A stretch of DNA of 37,147 nt, from IMG/VR virus record IMGVR_UViG_3300037484_000486, positions 1 to 37,147 of that record, one strand, 5' to 3'. Origin of the DNA: a virus (Duplodnaviria; Caudoviricetes). This document shows, piece by piece, positions 26,155 to 35,565 of this stretch (the first letter of the stretch is position 1; the number at the start of each line of letters is the position of its first letter). The notes under the pieces were generated by a model. That model was not told where the DNA came from. It saw nothing but the letters and a program-made list of their open reading frames with translations, and searched no databases. The position numbers and the translations under genes were made by a program.

Positions 26155-27135
26155 ATGTCTGACGCGGATGCAACGATGCCCAATCAGCCCGACGAGTTTC
26201 GCACGATCTCCTTGGCCGCGATCATCGAGCCGTGGGCAATCTTGCGAATCGTCAACCCGGAATCAGTCGAGTACATGGAACTGCGGGACTCGATTGCGCA
26301 CCAGGGCCTACTCAATTCCATTTGCGTGCGACCATCGCCGCGAAGGCCGGGTTACTACGAAGTAGTGGACGGCCTCTACCGCTACACGGCCGCCAAGGAA
26401 CTGCGGCTGCCGGTGTTGCCTTGTGTCGTCAAGCACAACCTGACGGACCAGGACGTGTTGGCGATTCAAATACAGGCGAACGCGCTGCGGCCGGAGACGA
26501 CGGTGATCGAGTACGCCCGGCAGATAAAGCGAATCATGGACGCAATCGCGGCCCGAGAGAAAAGGGACGCTACGCTGGCCGAAGTGAGCAACTTCATCCA
26601 CAAGACACCGGAATGGATACGGCAGCAACTCGGCCTACTGGAATTGCGAAAGGACATCCAGAAGGCCGTGGAGCGCGGCGAGATACCGCTGCGGTCGGCC
26701 TACGTGCTGGGCAAGCTGCCGCGTGTCCAACAGGCACAACTTCTCGCTCTGGCAAAGACTGCCCCTGCGAAAGACTTTGTGCTGATTGCGGGTCGCGTGG
26801 TCCGGCGAATTCAGGAGGATGCCCGGCAAGGAAAGCTGCACGACTACTGCCGAGACTTCGAGCCAGTGCCGCACTTGCGGCCGTTGAAGGAAGTGCTCGC
26901 TGAATACCGCGAGCATCGACTGGGCGGCCTTGCATTAACGGCCGCCAAGAGCCAAACGGCCGTGGACGGCTGGTATCTGGCGCTGCAATGGGCACTACAT
27001 CTGGACGAAGAAAGCATCCGCGAACAGCGAGAGAACATCCTAGCGAGAACACAAGCGACGATCTTGGAACGGAGGGTAGACCTATGTAACGAAACCGAGA
27101 CTGGCAACGAGAACCTGAACGACAACGACGAATAA
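26155..27135 (+). CDS. ParB/Spo0J-like protein
   Basis: ELRDSIAHQGLLNSICVRP..YEVVDGLYRYTAAK ParB N-domain plus an HTH region; start at 26155 or 26176. Confidence 0.85.
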   Translation: MSDADATMPNQPDEFRTISLAAIIEPWAILRIVNPESVEYMELRDSIAHQGLLNSICVRPSPRRPGYYEVVDGLYRYTAAKELRLPVLPCVVKHNLTDQDVLAIQIQANALRPETTVIEYARQIKRIMDAIAAREKRDATLAEVSNFIHKTPEWIRQQLGLLELRKDIQKAVERGEIPLRSAYVLGKLPRVQQAQLLALAKTAPAKDFVLIAGRVVRRIQEDARQGKLHDYCRDFEPVPHLRPLKEVLAEYREHRLGGLALTAAKSQTAVDGWYLALQWALHLDEESIREQRENILARTQATILERRVDLCNETETGNENLNDNDE

Positions 27136-27174
27136 CGCACCTTCTCGAATCCTGAAACCTGGAGACAACTAACG

Positions 27175-27915
27175 ATGTCCGACAACACCGCAATCGCCCC
27201 CGTCAATCTCGGCCAGCTTCCTTCCACCCAACTCGGCACCGACGACCAGTTCGCCGAGCTGGCGAAGGGCGGCGACTACCTCGGGCGGATGCAACTCTAC
27301 ACGAAGAGCAAGGCCAACATGAAGGGCCTGATCCCCCAGGGCCATTACGGCATTCCCGAGGGCGATGATGAAATCACCGATCTCGGGCCGAACGTCAACA
27401 TTCTTCCGCTGGCCCGGCGGCCGAAGGCCATCGACATGAGCGACATGGAAGCGCTCGTGATTTCCTACGATATGGAGAGCGAGGAGTTCAAGCGGATCGC
27501 GGCACAGAGCGCCGAGGCGGATTCGCACTGCCAGTACGGCCCCAGCTTCCTTGTGTACGAGGAAAGCACCGGCCGGTTCCTGGAGTTCTTCTGTGGTAAC
27601 AAGTCGAGCCGGATCGAGGCGAAGAAGCTCTTTCCGTTCCTCCCGCTCACCCAGGCCGACATCGGCGCCAAGGCGGCGGCCGGCAACGACGTGAGCAACC
27701 TCAAGCCGCACGGCCCGGTCCCGGTGACGCTGAAGGTCAAGGTCGCCGAGAACCGCAAGGGCACCTGGCACGTCCCGGTCGTGACGATTTGCACCACGCC
27801 GTTCGGACGCCTGCCGTCCGAGGAAGTGATCGTGCGGGAAATCACGAAGTTCCTCACGATCAAGGATAACGGCGTCGAGACGGTCCAGGACGCTCCCCCG
27901 GCCCGCGCTCGCTGA
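27175..27915 (+). CDS. Probable phage ssDNA-binding / recombination protein
   Basis: 246 aa, RBS GGAGA, replication context, beta-rich C-terminus (KVAENRKGTWHVPVV); function is a positional inference. Confidence 0.4.
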   Translation: MSDNTAIAPVNLGQLPSTQLGTDDQFAELAKGGDYLGRMQLYTKSKANMKGLIPQGHYGIPEGDDEITDLGPNVNILPLARRPKAIDMSDMEALVISYDMESEEFKRIAAQSAEADSHCQYGPSFLVYEESTGRFLEFFCGNKSSRIEAKKLFPFLPLTQADIGAKAAAGNDVSNLKPHGPVPVTLKVKVAENRKGTWHVPVVTICTTPFGRLPSEEVIVREITKFLTIKDNGVETVQDAPPARAR

Positions 27916-28047
27916 TCGTCAGTAAACCGGCTGGGCCTCTGACATACGCTCACTACAGCCGGTATTTGCTCTCGGGTGGACCCGCTGCCACCGGCCCCAT
28001 CCGAGTTCTGTTCACCGGCCTGTCAACGGCTTGCACGCTGACAGGTG

Positions 28048-28083
28048 GCCGGGCGGCGGTGGCGACCGCCCGGCTCTTCTATT
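28048..28083 (+). terminator. GC-rich hairpin with T-rich tail
   Basis: GCCGGGCGG...CCGCCCGGC then TCTTCTATT. Confidence 0.55.
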
Positions 28084-28185
28084 CCGCTTGGCCTCGGCCT
28101 GACCGTGGGAAGCTGGAACAGGTGTGCCACGGCCTCAGCCGGATCGTCGGCGAAGGGGATTCCAGCAGGCGGAGATCAATAAACC

Positions 28186-28710
28186 ATGATGCCGGATTGC
28201 GTGCTGATCCAAGTTCCGTCCATCGACTTCCGCACCTTTGTTGGCTTGACCAACAAGGCGCTGGGGCGCTCTCCGGCTGCGTCGTCGGACACTTGCCGCC
28301 GGCATCTGTCGGATGCCGAGCGGTTTCTAAGCTGCCTGGCTGCCATGCGGGACGAGAAGGCCCCCGCAGGATTCCGACCCCACCTGCTAAGGCATGTTTC
28401 GTTTAGCGCGTTCATCGGAGCGGATGAGCGGGACATGCTGGAAATCCTGCAAGTGGCGAGTATGCCGTTTGTAGTGGTGGAAACGATTGCGCGGGGCGTC
28501 CAGATCGCCGTGGTCACGGGAACCCTGGACCAGTGGCGGGATGCCGTCATATCCGGCTGCGCCAAGGGCGCATCCACCCCGGTGCGGCACTGCTTCAACA
28601 AGCTGCACGGCCTCTTCACCGCCGCCGGCCTGAAAGTCTGGCCGGATTACTCGTCGCGGCCCAATCCCGACCAGACCTACTTGCTGCTGGAAGACAAAAG
28701 AGGCCGGTAG
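28186..28710 (+). CDS. Degenerate ThyX-like (FAD thymidylate synthase fold) protein
   Basis: 174 aa; HLLRHVSFSAFI and VVTGTLDQWR echo ThyX segments, but there is no RHRx7S motif. Confidence 0.4.
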   Translation: MMPDCVLIQVPSIDFRTFVGLTNKALGRSPAASSDTCRRHLSDAERFLSCLAAMRDEKAPAGFRPHLLRHVSFSAFIGADERDMLEILQVASMPFVVVETIARGVQIAVVTGTLDQWRDAVISGCAKGASTPVRHCFNKLHGLFTAAGLKVWPDYSSRPNPDQTYLLLEDKRGR

Positions 28711-28780
28711 TCACTCTCGATTTGCCCCCGTTTGGCAATCTCTCACGGGAAGAACTAACGCATCTTTTATCCCGACTCGT

Positions 28781-30094
28781 ATGCAACCCTTCTTCGACCG
28801 CGACAACCTGACCCTCTACTGCGGCGATCTGCGGCAAGTGCTGCCGACGTTGCCGGAGAGCAGCGTCGATTTCGTGGTCACGGACCCGCCCTACGGCTTG
28901 GATTTCATGGAGAAGGATTGGGACCATGACGTGCCCGGTCCCGAGTTCTGGCGGGCGATCTACCGCGTGGCAAAGCCCGGTGCGCTGCTGCTGGCCTTCG
29001 GCGGCACGCGGACCTACCACCGGCTGACCTGCGCGATCGAGGATGCCGGGTGGGAGATTCGAGACAGCTTGCTCCGGCTCTTCGCGCAGGATGCTCGTAT
29101 AAACGACCTGTGGGAGAGCCTGACCGGAGAGCAACGCAAGCTGTTCGCGGACCTGGTTGCGCCGGGCCAAGCCCTCGCCTGGTTGCAGGGGCAAGGTTTT
29201 CCCAAGGCTGCCGACATCGGCAAGATGATCGACAAGGCCAAGGGAGCCAAGCGCGAAGTCGTCGGCACGAAGGTCGGCCTGCCCGGCTACTCCCTGGCCG
29301 ACAATGGCCGCACGAATGAAGTCTACGGCGACTTGCACAACCCGCAAGCCGAGTGTGCTATCACCGCGCCGGCCACACCCGAGGCCGCCCGCTGGACCGG
29401 CTGGGCGAACGCCCTGAAACCCGCCTGGGAGCCGATCATCCTGGCAATGAAGCCGATGGACGGTACGCTCGCGCACAACGCGCTCACGCATGGCGTGGCG
29501 GGCATGAATATCGACGCCTGCCGCATCGGCGACAACCCCGGATACAAGTACAACGCCGACCGAAACGGTACGACCTTCCACGGCAAGCAGGGCGAGCGAA
29601 TCCAACAGACGGCAGCCAAGAAGGGCGCTCAGTTCATCGAATCGACGAAAGGCCGCTGGCCAGCGAATCTATTGCTGGATGAAGAGGCCGCGACCCTTCT
29701 CGACGCTCAGACTGGGACGCTGACGAGCGGAACGGGCACCGTGAGAACGAAAGCCGGCGACGGCTATCACGGCGGCATGGGGAAAAGCGGCGATGCCCAA
29801 GTGGCCTACGGCGATTCGGGCGGTGCGTCTCGGTTCTTCTACACGGGCAAGGCCACGACCACGGAGCGGGGAGAAGGCAACGACCACCCCACGGTCAAGC
29901 CCGTGAGGCTGATGGAATACCTGCTCAAGCTGCTCTCCACCCCGGACGGCGGCGTGATCCTTGATCCCTTCGCCGGCAGCGGCTCGACATTGCTGGCCGC
30001 CCAACGCCTCGGCCGCCGCTGCATCGGCGTCGAGTTGACCGAACACAACTGCAACATAATCCGCAACCGCCTGGGAGGATCGAATGTCGGTTGA
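28781..30094 (+). CDS. DNA methyltransferase (N6-A/N4-C, beta class)
   Basis: VTDPPYG catalytic motif precedes HPTVKP..LDPFAGSGST SAM-binding motif. Confidence 0.93.
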   Translation: MQPFFDRDNLTLYCGDLRQVLPTLPESSVDFVVTDPPYGLDFMEKDWDHDVPGPEFWRAIYRVAKPGALLLAFGGTRTYHRLTCAIEDAGWEIRDSLLRLFAQDARINDLWESLTGEQRKLFADLVAPGQALAWLQGQGFPKAADIGKMIDKAKGAKREVVGTKVGLPGYSLADNGRTNEVYGDLHNPQAECAITAPATPEAARWTGWANALKPAWEPIILAMKPMDGTLAHNALTHGVAGMNIDACRIGDNPGYKYNADRNGTTFHGKQGERIQQTAAKKGAQFIESTKGRWPANLLLDEEAATLLDAQTGTLTSGTGTVRTKAGDGYHGGMGKSGDAQVAYGDSGGASRFFYTGKATTTERGEGNDHPTVKPVRLMEYLLKLLSTPDGGVILDPFAGSGSTLLAAQRLGRRCIGVELTEHNCNIIRNRLGGSNVG

Positions 30095-32129
30095 GATCGT
30101 CAAGCTGCCGTTCATCACTGACCAGGGGAACAAGCGCCTGGCGTTGACCGCGTTGGAAACACGCGACGGCCGCATCTACTTCTGGGGCAACGGCAAGATC
30201 GGCTCGCCGACAGTGTTCAAGCTGTCGCAGCAAGAGATCAAGCCGATGCACGGAGCGCACTACCACGGCTACGACGAGGAAGGCACGTATGCCAAGAAGA
30301 AGGTCTGGTCGGTGGACGACTGCCAGCGCAACCGTATGCAGATCGGCTTCCTGGCCGGCAAACCCGTCTATGCCTGGTTCGACCGGCCGCTGATTCGTCA
30401 CGAGTACCGCAAGCTGACGCGCGGCGGCGTCCCGCAGATTCTCATGCCGCACCAGGCGGACCTGGCCGATGCCGGCCTGACATACCACTACCAGATTTTC
30501 GGCGCGGAAATGGGCACGGGCAAGACCCTGGCCGCCCAGTTGGTGATTGAGAAGTCGGGCGTCAACCTGGTCTGGTGGGTCGGCCCCAAGACCAGCATCC
30601 CGAACATCAAGCGCGAGTTCAAGCTGTGGGGCTTTCCCTTCGACAAGTGCCAGATCGAGTTCTTCACCTACGAAGGGCTGGTCCGGGTGATGGACGAATG
30701 GGATGGCTCCCAACCCTTGCCTCGCTTCTTCGTGGCGGATGAATCGAGCCGCTGTAAGAACGACACGTCGCAAAGGTCCAAGGCGGTTCAGAAGCTCGCT
30801 GATCTGATTCGCGACAAGTACGGCTACGACGGCTACGTGATCGAAATGAGCGGCACGCCGTCGCCGAAAACGCCGTGCGATTGGTGGAGTCAGTGCGAGA
30901 TCGCTTGGCCTGGGTTCCTCAAAGAAGGCAGCCGCCGGGCGATGGAAGAGCGGTTGGCCTTCATGGTCACGGCCGAGTACGACGCCGGCAAGTTCAAGAA
31001 GCGGACTGGCTGGAAAGACAACGAGAACAAATGCGCCAAGTGTGGTGCAACACGCGAAGAAGGCCCGCACGAGTTGGACGGCGTGACGGACCCGGAAGAG
31101 TACCATCCGTTCGAGGCCAGCAAGAACGAAGTGGCCTACCTCTATGAACGGCTCAAAGGGCTGGTGGTCGTCAAGCACAAGAAGGACTGCTTGCACCTGC
31201 CCGAGAAGCGATACCGCAAGATCATCTGCAAGCCTACGGCGAGCGTGCTGCGTGTGGCGGAAGCTATCGCCCACAATCCGGCCCACAACGCCGTGACCGG
31301 CATGACCTTGCTGCGGGAACTGAGCGATGGATTCCAGTACCGCGAAGTCCATGACGGCATGACGACATGCACGCATTGCACGGATGGCACGGTGGCCGAG
31401 TGGACGGACCCGGAAGACCGCGAGGCCCGCTACCAGGCGATCGACCTGCTGGACCCGGACTTACAGGCCCGCCTCGTGAAAGAGTCGGTCCCCTGTCCGT
31501 TGTGCAACGGCAAGCGGGAAGTCCCCAAGATGGTGCGCGTTACTCGGGAATTGCCCTGTCCGAAGGAAGCCGCCCTCAAGATGCTGCTGGACGAGAACGA
31601 GGAAGTCGGGCGGCTGGTAGTTTTCGCCGGCTTCACCGGTTCCGTGGATCGCATCGTCAAGCTGTGCCTCAAGGAGAAGTGGGACGTGGTGCGCTGCGAT
31701 CAGGGCAACTTCCAAGTCTTGGCGGCCAAGAGCGACAGCCCGGAGGGCGCTGTTGCGACCGGCGAGGAGCCGCTGGACTACTGGGCCAGCTTGGAATCGC
31801 ACGGCAAGGTCGTCTTCGTCGCCAATCCTGAGTCGGGCGGCATGAGCCTGACGTTGGTGGAAGCCCGCATGGCGGTGTACTGGTCCAACAGTTGGAAGCC
31901 GGAGTACCGCGTGCAGAGCGAGGATCGCATCCACCGCAAAGGCATGGACGAAAACCTGGGCTGCACAATCGTAGACCTGATCCACCTGCCCAGCGATGAC
32001 CGCGTGCTAAACGTCATTCGCGCCAACCGGAAGTTGGAGCTAATGACGATGGGCGAAATCCTCCAAGGCGTTGTTTGGAAGGATGCCGGCGAAGAAGGCG
32101 AAATGCTCGTGGAGGAGATCGCAGCGTGA
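30084..32129 (+). CDS. SNF2-type SF2 helicase with Zn-finger insertions
   Basis: EMGTGKT, VADESS, MSGTP and QSEDRIHRKG motifs; CAKC and CTHC..CPLC inserts. Confidence 0.88.
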   Translation: MSVEIVKLPFITDQGNKRLALTALETRDGRIYFWGNGKIGSPTVFKLSQQEIKPMHGAHYHGYDEEGTYAKKKVWSVDDCQRNRMQIGFLAGKPVYAWFDRPLIRHEYRKLTRGGVPQILMPHQADLADAGLTYHYQIFGAEMGTGKTLAAQLVIEKSGVNLVWWVGPKTSIPNIKREFKLWGFPFDKCQIEFFTYEGLVRVMDEWDGSQPLPRFFVADESSRCKNDTSQRSKAVQKLADLIRDKYGYDGYVIEMSGTPSPKTPCDWWSQCEIAWPGFLKEGSRRAMEERLAFMVTAEYDAGKFKKRTGWKDNENKCAKCGATREEGPHELDGVTDPEEYHPFEASKNEVAYLYERLKGLVVVKHKKDCLHLPEKRYRKIICKPTASVLRVAEAIAHNPAHNAVTGMTLLRELSDGFQYREVHDGMTTCTHCTDGTVAEWTDPEDREARYQAIDLLDPDLQARLVKESVPCPLCNGKREVPKMVRVTRELPCPKEAALKMLLDENEEVGRLVVFAGFTGSVDRIVKLCLKEKWDVVRCDQGNFQVLAAKSDSPEGAVATGEEPLDYWASLESHGKVVFVANPESGGMSLTLVEARMAVYWSNSWKPEYRVQSEDRIHRKGMDENLGCTIVDLIHLPSDDRVLNVIRANRKLELMTMGEILQGVVWKDAGEEGEMLVEEIAA

Positions 32130-32506
32130 GCGAGGTCCGATGTCGCATCGTGATTGCCAAGGGCCGCTACGAGGGTCATGCCCCCACGGAAGCCAGCGTC
32201 AACGGTGTCCTTCAATGGGTGTTTTCCGACTCGTTGTACGAGTTGGAGTTCGCGGACCCGGAAGACGACGACGTTGCTTTAGAGGCCGAGGCCGTGGTGC
32301 TGTTGAAGTCACGCTACCGATGTTGGGGCCATGACGAGGCGATCCGCGACCGGATCGTCACGGCCCTCGTGAACCGGTTGAAGCCGGAATACGAGAGCCA
32401 AGTGGAAGTGGAAGTCGTAAGTGGGCCGGGCGAATCCGGCGATCCGTGTGATGACGAGGATGATGGCCCTGAACCGCTGCACCGGATTGTCCGAGTCTGG
32501 CAATGA
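32126..32506 (+). CDS. Hypothetical protein
   Basis: GTG start overlapping the helicase stop (GTGA), RBS GGAGGAG; 126 aa. Confidence 0.65.
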   Translation: MSEVRCRIVIAKGRYEGHAPTEASVNGVLQWVFSDSLYELEFADPEDDDVALEAEAVVLLKSRYRCWGHDEAIRDRIVTALVNRLKPEYESQVEVEVVSGPGESGDPCDDEDDGPEPLHRIVRVWQ

Positions 32507-32544
32507 TCGTGAAACCTTTTCTCAACACCGTGGAGATTGCAACG

Positions 32545-33504
32545 ATGAAGTACGTGCTGTTGGCTCTGGCTCTGCTTGCCCTGACCGTCGCTCCGGCGGT
32601 CGCCAGCGTCCCCGATGATTTGCAGAACGTGAGTGTCACCATCAAGGCGGGCCGCGCCCAAGGCTCCGGCACTCTCGTAACCCGCAAGATCGGCGACGAC
32701 ACTGTGAGTTTCATCTGGACGGCCGCTCACGTCGTCGATGGCCTGCGCACTACGCGCACGGTCGTCACGCCGCAGGGCACACCCCGAATCAAGGTCGAGT
32801 ACAAAGACGCCGAAATCGTCCAGGAACGGCAGCAGGACGGCCGCCGCGTGGGCGAAGTCAAGTACGATTGCAAGGTCATCAAGGTCAGCGACGCTGATTA
32901 CGGTGAAGACCTGGCGGTGCTCATGGTCCGCTGCAAGGGGGCCTATCCGCTCAGCGCCACGGCCAAGTTCCACAAAGACCCGAACTACATTCCGCCCATC
33001 GGCGTTGACCTGAGCCATTGCGGCAGCCTGCTCGGGCAATTCGGGGCGAATAGCTACACGACTGGCGTGCTCTCCCAGGTCGGGCGCACCCTGCCGATGA
33101 AAGGCGCGAACGTCAAGGTTTTCGATCAGGTGACGACGGTTTCGTTCCCCGGCTCGTCGGGCGGCGGCATGTACCTGAAGGACAGCGGAATCTATATCGG
33201 CATGTTGACCCAGGGCGTGATGCAGTTGCAGGGTTTCAACTTCATCGTCCCCGTGCGGCGTATCCATACCTGGGCCAAGGAATCGAAGGTCGAGTGGGCC
33301 ATCGACTCGTCCGTCCCGATGCCCAGCCTGAAGGAAATCGAAGCGATCCCGGTGGAAGACGAAGGCCAGTCGCCGGGCGGCTACCCCCAGCGGAATCCGG
33401 CCGGCGGCCTACCGGACGATGGTGCCGCCTTCAAGCCGCCGTTCGATTTCGACGGTGCGATCAATTGGGCGGAAAGGTTCTTCGGCCGCGTTCGCCGGCC
33501 TTAA
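32545..33504 (+). CDS. Secreted trypsin-like serine protease
   Basis: Signal peptide MKYVLLALALLALTVAPAVA; TAAH, EDLAVL and PGSSGGG triad motifs. Confidence 0.88.
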   Translation: MKYVLLALALLALTVAPAVASVPDDLQNVSVTIKAGRAQGSGTLVTRKIGDDTVSFIWTAAHVVDGLRTTRTVVTPQGTPRIKVEYKDAEIVQERQQDGRRVGEVKYDCKVIKVSDADYGEDLAVLMVRCKGAYPLSATAKFHKDPNYIPPIGVDLSHCGSLLGQFGANSYTTGVLSQVGRTLPMKGANVKVFDQVTTVSFPGSSGGGMYLKDSGIYIGMLTQGVMQLQGFNFIVPVRRIHTWAKESKVEWAIDSSVPMPSLKEIEAIPVEDEGQSPGGYPQRNPAGGLPDDGAAFKPPFDFDGAINWAERFFGRVRRP

Positions 33505-33547
33505 GTCGGTTCGCTTCCCTGCCTCTTGTGTGACCGACAGCACTTGA

Positions 33548-33584
33548 GCCGGGCGGCGGCGGGCAGCGCCGCCCGGCCTCTCTT
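33548..33584 (+). terminator. GC-rich hairpin with pyrimidine tail
   Basis: GCCGGGCGGCG...CGCCGCCCGGC then CTCTCTT. Confidence 0.55.
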
Positions 33585-33619
33585 ACACCACTAACCGGCG
33601 AGGGCGACACGGAAAGATC

Positions 33620-34936
33620 ATGCGTTTGACAAAGAAGAAGGTCGAGAAGATCAAGCAAGCCATCACGGATGGCGCAACGCAACCGGATATTGCCAAGCGG
33701 TTCAAGGTGAGCCGAAGCACCGTGTCCGACATCGCCACCGGCCGGGTCCACAAAGACGTGGAATGGCCCACCGGCGAGCCGCCCACACCGAAGCGGGCCG
33801 GCGGCCAACATAAGGCCGTCCCGGACTACGACCCCACCGACAAGCGCATCCTGGAGTTGGAAGCCGAAGTCGTCCACTTGACGGACGAACGGAACCGTGA
33901 GCGGCAGAAGGTCAAGGCCAGCGCCAAGATCGCTGGCCTGTTCAAGGCCGTCGTGGCGGAAATGGATCAGCGCATCAAGCCGTTTTCCGCCCTGCCGCCG
34001 CAACTCGAATACCGCCGCAAGGCGCAGATCGTCGAGCACTGTGTCATGCACCTTTCGGACGGCCACCACGATCAGGTCGTGCGGCCGGAGGAAGTCGGCG
34101 GCTTGGAGGACTACAGCTTCCCGATCAGTTGCGCCCGCGCGGAGCGCTACGTCAACACGGTCGTCGAATGGACCCAGGATACCTTGGCCCCGAAGTTCTA
34201 CTTCCCGGTGCTGTGGGTGCTGGCTTACGGCGACTACACAAGCGGCGAAATCCACAAGGCGTGCGAGCGGTCTTACTACCGCAACCAGTTCAAGAACTGC
34301 CTGGCAATCGGCCAGTTGCACGCCCTGATGTACCGCGACCTGGCCGCCCATTTCGAGGAGGTCCACGTCCTGTACCTGGCCGGCAACCACGGCCGGCGAA
34401 CGCCGAAGAAGGACTACCTCGGCGCACACGACAACTGGGACTACCTCTGCGGCGAGATCGCCCGGCTGCATTGCCGCGATCTGGGCAACGTCCACTTCAC
34501 GGTTCCCGATGCGTGGAGCGCCAACATCAGTATCAATGGAGTGGGCTTCAATGTCTCCCACGGCGACGACGTGCGATCCAACCTAGGCATCCCGTGGTAC
34601 GGGATGGTCCGCCGGCAAAAGGGCCTGATCGCCCTGGGCGCGGCGGCCGGTGCCCAGCGGTGCCGATACTTCTGCGTCGGGCATCACCATGCCGCCAGCG
34701 TCCTGTCGGACGTGGACGGCGAACTGCTGGTGAACGGCTCCTGGGTCGGCACTGATGCCTTCGCCTACAACGCCCTGTCCGGCTACCGGGAGCCATCGCA
34801 ATGGCTCCACGGCGTCAATCCCAAGCATGGCATCACGTGGCGAATGAACTGCAAGCTGCGCCACGAGAACGAAAAGTCCGGTCCCAAGCGTTACCTGATC
34901 GACGGTGGGCGCGACGTGGGACCGCTCAAGTCCTAA
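33620..34936 (+). CDS. HTH, coiled-coil and calcineurin-like metallophosphoesterase protein
   Basis: N-terminal HTH (QPDIAKRFKVSRSTVSDI); SDGH, GD, GNHG, HGD and GHHH motifs. Confidence 0.85.
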   Translation: MRLTKKKVEKIKQAITDGATQPDIAKRFKVSRSTVSDIATGRVHKDVEWPTGEPPTPKRAGGQHKAVPDYDPTDKRILELEAEVVHLTDERNRERQKVKASAKIAGLFKAVVAEMDQRIKPFSALPPQLEYRRKAQIVEHCVMHLSDGHHDQVVRPEEVGGLEDYSFPISCARAERYVNTVVEWTQDTLAPKFYFPVLWVLAYGDYTSGEIHKACERSYYRNQFKNCLAIGQLHALMYRDLAAHFEEVHVLYLAGNHGRRTPKKDYLGAHDNWDYLCGEIARLHCRDLGNVHFTVPDAWSANISINGVGFNVSHGDDVRSNLGIPWYGMVRRQKGLIALGAAAGAQRCRYFCVGHHHAASVLSDVDGELLVNGSWVGTDAFAYNALSGYREPSQWLHGVNPKHGITWRMNCKLRHENEKSGPKRYLIDGGRDVGPLKS

Positions 34937-34948
34937 GCGGAGAGAACC

Positions 34949-35122
34949 ATGCCGATTCACCGAACCACGAAGAACGGTAAGCCGGCGTTGCAGTACGGCA
35001 CCCACGGTGCCAAGTACACCTACACGCCAGGCAACAAACGCAGCCGTGAGGTTGCCAAGAACAAAGCGATCCGGCAAGCCCTCGCCATTCAACGGCGAAC
35101 CGGCATACCGGCCGACTTGTAA
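34949..35122 (+). CDS. Small basic phage protein (not in the ORF track)
   Basis: 57 aa MPIHRTTKNGKPALQYGTHGAKYTYTPGNKRSREVAKNKAIRQALAI...; RBS GGAGAG. Confidence 0.7.
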   Translation: MPIHRTTKNGKPALQYGTHGAKYTYTPGNKRSREVAKNKAIRQALAIQRRTGIPADL

Positions 35123-35132
35123 GGAGAGTCCC

Positions 35133-35321
35133 GTGGCAAAGAAGAGAACAGTCAGGAAGCCATCGGCCCCGCCGAGGATGCCGATGATCGAGCCGATGCG
35201 GAACAGCGGGATGATGAAGCTGGGCGACATGATGACGTACCCACCTATCACCATCGAATCCATGATGCAAAAGCCGCTCGCCCCAAGGAAACCGGCCGGC
35301 AGGAAGGGTGGTCGCAAGTAA
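35133..35321 (+). CDS. Small basic Met/Pro-rich protein
   Basis: GTG start after AAGGAGAG; MAKKRTVRKPSAPPRMPM..., 62 aa. Confidence 0.6.
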   Translation: MAKKRTVRKPSAPPRMPMIEPMRNSGMMKLGDMMTYPPITIESMMQKPLAPRKPAGRKGGRK

Positions 35322-35355
35322 GTGCGTCCCGCGCCTAACGCGAGGGAGGCTTTTC

Positions 35356-35565
35356 ATGCCCAAACGAATTGGCCGCCGGACCATCGAACATTGGCGTGAC
35401 GGCGAGTGTATCGCCCGGATCAATGTCACCGCCGACATGATCCAGCACAACAGCGACGGTACGGCGCGAGTTGTGTTCCCGCCAGGGAACATCACGCTGG
35501 CGACGCGAGATGAGTTGCACTTCGACGTGGACGGACTGATCGAGTGCTTGCAGGGAGGCGAGTGA
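35356..35565 (+). CDS. Hypothetical protein
   Basis: 69 aa MPKRIGRRTIEHW; RBS GGGAGG. Confidence 0.65.
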   Translation: MPKRIGRRTIEHWRDGECIARINVTADMIQHNSDGTARVVFPPGNITLATRDELHFDVDGLIECLQGGE

